Source: a virus
Taxonomy: Duplodnaviria; Caudoviricetes
Length of the DNA stretch: 39,856 nt
Virus record (IMG/VR): IMGVR_UViG_3300037585_001948
Span: 1 to 39,856 of that record
Reading direction: 5' to 3' (one strand)
Position numbers and translations under genes: made by a program. The notes below the pieces were generated by a model. That model was not told the DNA's origin and ran no database searches. It saw nothing but the letters and a program-made list of their open reading frames with translations. The number at the start of each line of letters is the position of its first letter. Positions within the stretch are counted from its first letter, which is position 1. This document shows, piece by piece, positions 8,059 to 15,400 of the stretch.

Positions 8059-8653
8059 TATATTTTCTAAAAGCAGACAAATAAGATACATAGAAGCTCG
8101 TGCTATTATATACACAATACTGAGAAGGTATGGTAGTTATAAACTAAAAGACATAGCTAATGTCTTTTCTAAAAACCATGCAACAATCATTCATGCACTG
8201 AAAGAGTTTCCATATATGATAAAAGCTAATCCTCATTTAGAAGTCAAATACCTCTCTATTTTAGAGGAATGGAGTGGAATTGTACAAGAAAATCCTAATA
8301 ATGTTCTAAATAAATTACAAAAAAGACTCAAATCTTTGGAAAAACAAAATGAAATCCTTAATTTAAATGATAACTTTTTGAAAACTAAAATAGATAATAT
8401 GGAAGTATGGGCAAAAAAAGATTGTAAATACACTGTTGATGATGCGGAAAAAATCTATGAATATAAAACTTGGTCTAAAAAAAGAAAAATTGATACACTT
8501 TTACAAGTAGATTGCAATTTATATTGTAACTTAGGGTGTGATTCAACAATGAGTGAACGCAAAGAAGTAAAACAAAAATCAAAAATAATATACAGAACCA
8601 TCAAAAAGATTGATGCAGCAATTGGGACATTGTTACTAACATCAATGGATTAA
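8003..8653 (+). CDS. DnaA domain-IV (Bac_DnaA_C)-like HTH protein with coiled coil and C-terminal unknown domain
   Basis: SKSRQIRYIEARAIIYTILR...LKDIANVFSKNHATIIHALK resembles DnaA S..R.....ARQ...Y......L..IG..F..DHTTV.HA. Confidence 0.7.
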   Translation: MKKIDSLINITSQHLLLPDIFSKSRQIRYIEARAIIYTILRRYGSYKLKDIANVFSKNHATIIHALKEFPYMIKANPHLEVKYLSILEEWSGIVQENPNNVLNKLQKRLKSLEKQNEILNLNDNFLKTKIDNMEVWAKKDCKYTVDDAEKIYEYKTWSKKRKIDTLLQVDCNLYCNLGCDSTMSERKEVKQKSKIIYRTIKKIDAAIGTLLLTSMD

Positions 8654-8656
8654 TAG

Positions 8657-8848
8657 ATGGCCAAAATATCGGCAGATGATTTAAATGCAATAGCACATGT
8701 TAACCATGTGTCTAATAGTCTACACGACTCTGTCGATGAACTATATGAGGATTTAATGGATAGAGACCATGAAGCTGCAAAGCTACATGCTCAACACATC
8801 TGTAAGGTTTGTGCTGAATTAATTCAGTCCTTAACCGATGAAATATGA
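8657..8848 (+). CDS. small hypothetical helical protein
   Basis: Tight tiling; ATGA overlap with the next gene. Confidence 0.6.
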   Translation: MAKISADDLNAIAHVNHVSNSLHDSVDELYEDLMDRDHEAAKLHAQHICKVCAELIQSLTDEI

Positions 8849-9168
8849 GAAAAGAACGAGTGGTAGAGCTCAGTCAATTTGCTACGACAGTAGCAGAAAG
8901 ATTTTCTAACTTTAACAGATCAGGTAATGTCAACAACGAAACCTTCTTAGTTGATGAAGTCATCCCTATCTCTGATGATTCTGCAGTAATTAATTTTAAG
9001 AAATCAACTGGTAAATTAGCAGTAGCTTTTTGTTATTATATTAATAAAGGAAGATCAAAAGGTTGGAAGTATTTCTTTCCAACTGATTCTCATGTACATG
9101 GTTTCTTTGCATTCCAACATTATAAGTTAGAAGCAGAACGAAAAAATTATAAGCATAATTTTAAATAA
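8845..9168 (+). CDS. hypothetical protein, last gene of the + arm
   Basis: ATGA coupling; globular-looking sequence. Confidence 0.65.
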   Translation: MRKERVVELSQFATTVAERFSNFNRSGNVNNETFLVDEVIPISDDSAVINFKKSTGKLAVAFCYYINKGRSKGWKYFFPTDSHVHGFFAFQHYKLEAERKNYKHNFK

Positions 9169-9436
9169 GAGATATTACAGATGCTAAAGATTTAGCTTTG
9201 GATAGTTCTCCACACATTTCATACTCTTCTATTTCGCTAAAGTATTCCATAAGTATATCATAGGCATCATCATCTAAGGGAACATAATGTTTGGTAGGGT
9301 TAAAAATAAAAGCCGCCCCATCATCTTTTTCTAATATCTCTTCATAAGTAGCTTTACCAGTTAGAACCAAATAACTGTTATACATACAAGAGTATTCATC
9401 AAAGTCTTCTATACTAAATTGTTTTAGTTTTTTCAT
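9161..9436 (-). CDS. small acidic hypothetical protein with UVR-like C-terminal motif
   Basis: ATGA-coupled to the giant gene; YFSEIEEYEMCGEL. Confidence 0.6.
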   Translation of the reverse strand: MKKLKQFSIEDFDEYSCMYNSYLVLTGKATYEEILEKDDGAAFIFNPTKHYVPLDDDAYDILMEYFSEIEEYEMCGELSKAKSLASVISLI

Positions 9437-12400
9437 GATGATTTTTCTAATGCTTCTTCTCTTAACCTTTTCTGTTCTCTTTTAATTTTATCTATCTGAT
9501 CTTGTACATCATCAGGCATCTTTCTTTTTTCTTCTATCTGTTTGTAGAGTTCAGGGAAATATTTTTTCAAATCACTCTTGCTCATTTTCTTTGGCTTCTT
9601 TCTCTTTCTTTCTTCATCGCTTTTTATTTGGAACTCACTAAAGTTAAACAATCTTAATAAAACTTCTTTAGGATCTGAAGAATCCTTCATAATTTGTTCT
9701 ATATTCTTCTTGTATCTTTTAAGAGATTTTAAGTTTAAACCAAAGAAACCTGGTAAGTCTTCCATAAAGAACTTCTGATAAAGTTCTTTTCTTTTTTCTT
9801 CATCTTCTGTGGTTTCAATTCTTTTAACTAAATTAGCTAACAGTTCCATTTGTTCAATAAATGGTATGTCGGTTACATCTGCCTCCCAAGGTTTGCCAGT
9901 AATAGCATCAGCAAACATTGCTAATATATCACCCATAACAAACAATGCATTTAAGTTACCAATAAGAGCTGCTCTTGTAAGATCAGTTTTATCTTCATCA
10001 TCCCATGGTGCTAATACACCAGGTAGTCCAGCCGACAAGTATTGGAAGAATACTGGAAGCACCACATGATAAGTAAATAATCCTCTCAAGTTTTGTCCGA
10101 ATGTACCTCTTCCTTCTTTACCAAACGATCTTATTATCTTATACATATTTCTTCCATATATAATTTCTTTTCTTAAATAAGATCTGATAGAGGTTTTAAA
10201 CATATTCATTGTCCTTTGGAAGATACCTCTTGTTTGTGTATAGTCTCTGTTTTGTAAATCAGTAGACTGCTGTGTTTGTCTTGTTGCTATTTCAAATTCT
10301 CTTATAGCTCTATCAATCACTTGTTGCTCAGTAAGACCTGGGTTTTCTTTTCTTATTTTATTTTTATGATATTTATACAATGGTACTCCACCAATAAGTA
10401 TTGCTCCCTTATCTCCTTGTTTTACCAACCACATAGTTCCATCAAGTATTTTTTGGAATGTACCAGTAGTCAGTTTCGATTCGAAGTCAGAGCTCGGTAC
10501 AAAGTTTTCTAAGTTTTTAATTATAGCTTTACCATATCTGTCTTGTATATACACAGAGTTATTCATTATTTCTTTAATTAAAGTCCTTATCTCTCCTATA
10601 CTCAGAGCTGCATTTTTACTCCAGTTTCTATAACCTATATCATTCGCATATGTAGGGAAGGACACTAACTGTTTCAAGAAGATAGTTGGGTTCACACCAA
10701 GCCTACCTACTACAAAGTAAGTAGTTGCTATGTTCAACCACTGTTCTGATCGAGTGCTACTGATACCTTTAGTGTTTAAAGTTTCTATTTGATTTAGTAT
10801 CATGTTATAAAAACCATCAGGGTATTGTGATTCAATAGCTTCGCTTATGTTAGGGTTTCTAAACAATTTATTTATTCTATTTAAAGATGGTGCATATGCA
10901 GCAAACCAGTTCATTTGTTCTTGATAAGCTATAAAGCTTCTCATCAAATCCATATCTCTAATAGGTATCTTGTTTTTACTTCTAACTTTTGATGAGGATG
11001 GTGCAGCCATTCCAGCAAATGCTCCTCCTCCATCAGCTAATAAATTAATTTCACCTGGTTCTACTCCCTCTCTAAATATTTGCCCACCATAGTTTTTACT
11101 CCAAGGTAAGTCCATACCATATACTGCTCTATAGGTTTTATTATATCTCTCATACAATCTTGGATATGCTTGTTCTACCATATAGTCAGCTAACACCAAA
11201 GCCTCTGAATTATTAGCCTCCATATATTCTCTCATCTCTTTCATTACTCTTTTATAATCTTTGCCATACTTAGCTTCATATGAAGCATGGTTTGCAGGAT
11301 CTCTATATTGATTTAGGTGATAAGCCATTTGGTATGGAGATAAATGAAGTTGTAAAGCCTCCATTTTTATTTTGTTTTCAGGTGTTTTGTTTCTATTGTA
11401 TTCAGCTTTAGCTTTGTTATATTTATCTAAGTCTGTAGCTATACCAGTATCTCTAAGTAAAGAATCATTTTCCATTTTACCTATCCACCCTTTACCATAT
11501 ATCTCTTGTAAATTAGTTTCAATCTCTGCTCTATCTTCCATTTGAAAACCTTTATGAACTATAGATGCATCATCAACAAGTCGAGCAGTAATATCTTGGA
11601 AAGGACCTCCAAATATTCTACCAGGAGTTTTAGTGATATACTCAACAAGAGTAGTTAAGTCCATTATGTTAGCTATTTGATTTCTTTTAATCCATCCAGT
11701 TATACTATTTACCATTCGAGCTGGTAATGACTTAGCTTGTCTTTTCTTTGCATCAGTAAGATTCTGAAACTCTTTCATGATGTTTTTAGCATCAGGGTTT
11801 ACCACCATCTTCAAATTACTTTTAGTCTCAGGTAACTGGGGATCGTAGTTAGTATTAGGAACTAACATTTCTATTTTGTTGCCAGTGATACTTTCCCAAG
11901 CAATTTCAATGTCTCGTAGATATCTGTGATATCTTCTTCTTTTCTGTGTTTCTAATGTGTTTCTTCCTTCATTTACTGTTTCATTTAACTGTTCGAAAAC
12001 TCTATTTAAACCTGCTACTTTCTCAAAGCTGGAGTCTTCCTCCAACTGTGTATTAGCATAATCATTAATCATTTCCAATGCAGCAATCTCTGCAAATGTA
12101 TTTTCGTTTTGAAGCGACTGAGACTGTAACTTACCTATTCTATCTAAATTTTTCTGAATTAATGCTTCAATCTTTTTTGGATTATCTTTTATATTTCGAA
12201 CATTACTAAAAATACTTTTAACTTGCTCTAATAGTTTTATAGTTTGTGAGTCTACCAACTTAGCTTTTAATCTACCACCCTCTACCTTAGCAAAGTCTTT
12301 ATTTAATAATTTCTCAATCTTTGATTCTAAGCCTTTGACAATTTTTGTTGTTGCCATATCCATTAACTTAGATTTTACTTCTTTTATATTTTCTAAAGTT

Positions 12401-15400
12401 GCATTTTGAACCTCTTGTACTAACTTTAATGTTTCGGGTTTAGTATACATATCTGCAGGGAATACCACTCTTATAAAGTTTCTTAAAGCTGATTTTACCC
12501 TCTCCAAACTCTTAACATTTTTAGTTTGCATGTTTACTACAGCTCTTGCCAATCTAATTTGATTAGCCATATCTTTAGTAGGAGCTTGATAGAAAGATTT
12601 TTCTAACTGCATCTCCATCTGAGCTTGTAGCACAGATAATCCTTTCTTATCCTTAACAGCTATATACTCAGGTTGTTTTCTCATAAACTCAATAGTCTTA
12701 GTCATTATCTCAGTGTTGGTGAGTTTATATATTTTAGCTCCTGGGTTTTTTGCTTTTAAATTATCTATCTCTTTTTGTTTAGCTGCAATAGCTCTCTTTT
12801 TATTTTTCTGAGATTGTAAAACTTCTAACTCTTGTTGTAATTCTACTATTGATTTGCCATAAGAAGTTAAGTTAGTGTTGGTTAGTCTGTCTTTGTACTT
12901 AGATATTTTTTCAAACAGTCTTACACCAGTAAGGAATCCACCTTTTAGTTTTTGGAATGACTCAGGCATTCTACTCAATACAAATGTACTGGCATCAGTT
13001 AGTTTGTTAACTACATTAGTAGCTATCTTTTTCTTTTCTAACAAATATTTCTTGATAGCTTCAGGGTTAAAGTTAGTTTCTCTCAACTTTACTATAAGTT
13101 CTGCAATGTTGGAAATACCACTTCCCGCTTTATCAATATCTTTTTGTTGTCTACCATATGGATTATAAAAATATGGCTTACCTCTCTTTGAAACCTTTTG
13201 GAAATAGTAACCAGTTATCTCACCAGTAAACTCATTCCTTGCAGTTCCTAATCTCATTCCAATGTTTTCTAATTCTCTTCTGAGTTTTGAAGTATCAAAC
13301 AATGCTCTTGGGTTTATAAATCCACGAGCACTCATCATATACCTATCGGCTATGGGTTTAGATTCTTTCTGTTCTCTGCCTTCGAAGATATCTAACTGAT
13401 CTCCTTTTTCTTTTTTCTTTTGTTGTTCTTGCTTTACTTCTTTCTTAATGTTTTCTGCTTGTTCTACATTTTCTTCTATTGTCACTACAGACCTGCCAGT
13501 TTTTACTGCAGCTTTTGCGGTCGAACCACTACCAGCAAATGGATCAAGTATCAACTCACCAGCTTTAGTAGATGCTTTTATAATAGCTTCTAACAAAGCA
13601 ACAGGCTTGGCAGTTTGATAATTAGAGTCTTGCCCAAAAGCATACTCTCTATCAAAACTGAAGTCCATATCAGTTCTTTGATTACCACTTTGACTAAATG
13701 CAAATATCCATTCTTTCAATGGTATACCGAACATCTGTTTAGGTTTACCTTGTTTGTCCAGTTTACCAAACTGTGCAGCAACTGAAGAAGGTTTCAATCC
13801 ATTTTTAGTAAACGCATCATAGTATTTAGCTAATTGTTTTTTGTTAGACTTAGATGCACTAAACATAAAGAATACTGGTGTGTCGGGATTCTGTAGTAAT
13901 TTAACAACATCACCAACAAACTCATTGAATTGTTCTGGTGATATAAGTTTGTATTTAGTTAAGTTTCTGTTACCACCACGAGCACCTGGTATTATGTATG
14001 GAGGGTCTAAGAATATCATATCAAACTTAGCTCCTTCTTTGACTAATTTTTTTATTTCAGCCAAAGCATTTGCTCCTTGAACAACTGCCGCAGTCTTACC
14101 ATCTTTAGTTTTTAATGTGTATACACCTGCCGCAACTCTTGAAAGCTCACCACTTTTTGCTCCTTGTCCTAATATTCTTCTTACAGTAGGCTCAGGTAAA
14201 CCAGTTATCTCTGTGATTTGTTTTATAGTAGCAACTTCAACTTTACCCAATACATCTTTGACTTTTTGCTTTTGCGTTTTCTTTTTAGGCTTGAGAGCCT
14301 TAACATCTTTTTGAGTAATAGTTTCTCCAGTTCTAATCTTCTGAGCTACAGTATTCATTAAATCAACTATGTCTTGATCTGATTGTGTAAAGGATGATAT
14401 GTCAAGACCTAATTTAGCCGCAATCTTTTCTACCCATTGTCTAATTCTACTTTTAGTAGGAGCATCTAATTTAGTATAACCATCGGCTAAAACCCCTAAT
14501 ATTTCTGCTAACTTCTCTTCATTCTGTATATCAGTATCATAGTTTTTAATGAAGTTATCAATCTTTTGTTTCTGTTCTTTAGTTAAACCTTTTGCTTTAG
14601 CAACTGCTTTTACCATTCTTTTAGTTAACTCTCTTGCCTGTGCATTAGTTTTAACAGAGTTTAATAACAATGCATGAAACATTTCATGAGCAACTGTTCG
14701 GTTGCTTCCTTTTGTTAAATCAACATGTATGGTTTGATCTGTAGGATTATAGAAACCTCTACCAGTTTTACCAGTGGCTTTCTGAAAGTTTTCAGATGAC
14801 TCATGTAAAACTATATTTACTTTAGGTAATATTCTTTTGACTGCTTTTGCAGCTCGAGTTGCAAATTTAACTATACCATCAAATTTACCTTCTACTTCAG
14901 TCTCTATTGGTGTAGTAGATTTACTTCTTTTTACTTTACCATCTTTGGTAACATTCTCTGTTTCAATATCTACTTCTTCTTGTACTCCTAACTCAGTTGT
15001 TGGTGTAACTACATCTCCTTCGGTTTCAGTTTCGGTTTCTCCAACAAACTCTTGTATATCACCAACCTCTTCTTCTATTTCCGCCTCTTTCTTCGGGGTA
15101 ACTTTACCTTTGCCTTTTTGGTTACTCGTTCCGGTAGACTCTGATACTGGGTCGGGTACTCCTTCAGCCACTTCTTCAGTAGATTGGGATTCGACTTCGC
15201 CAGTTTCCTGAACTGGGCTTTGCTCTTTACTGGCATCTCTTTGTTTTTTTAATTCAACTTTAGCTTCTTCAATAGACTTAGGGCTCATCTTTATAGGGGG
15301 TAAACCTAACTTAACCCTTGTTTTATTTTCTTTTTCTATGTACTGTTTTGCTTGAGTATCGGTAATCTCTTCTTCTTGTTCGATGTTAGCTTCAGTACCT

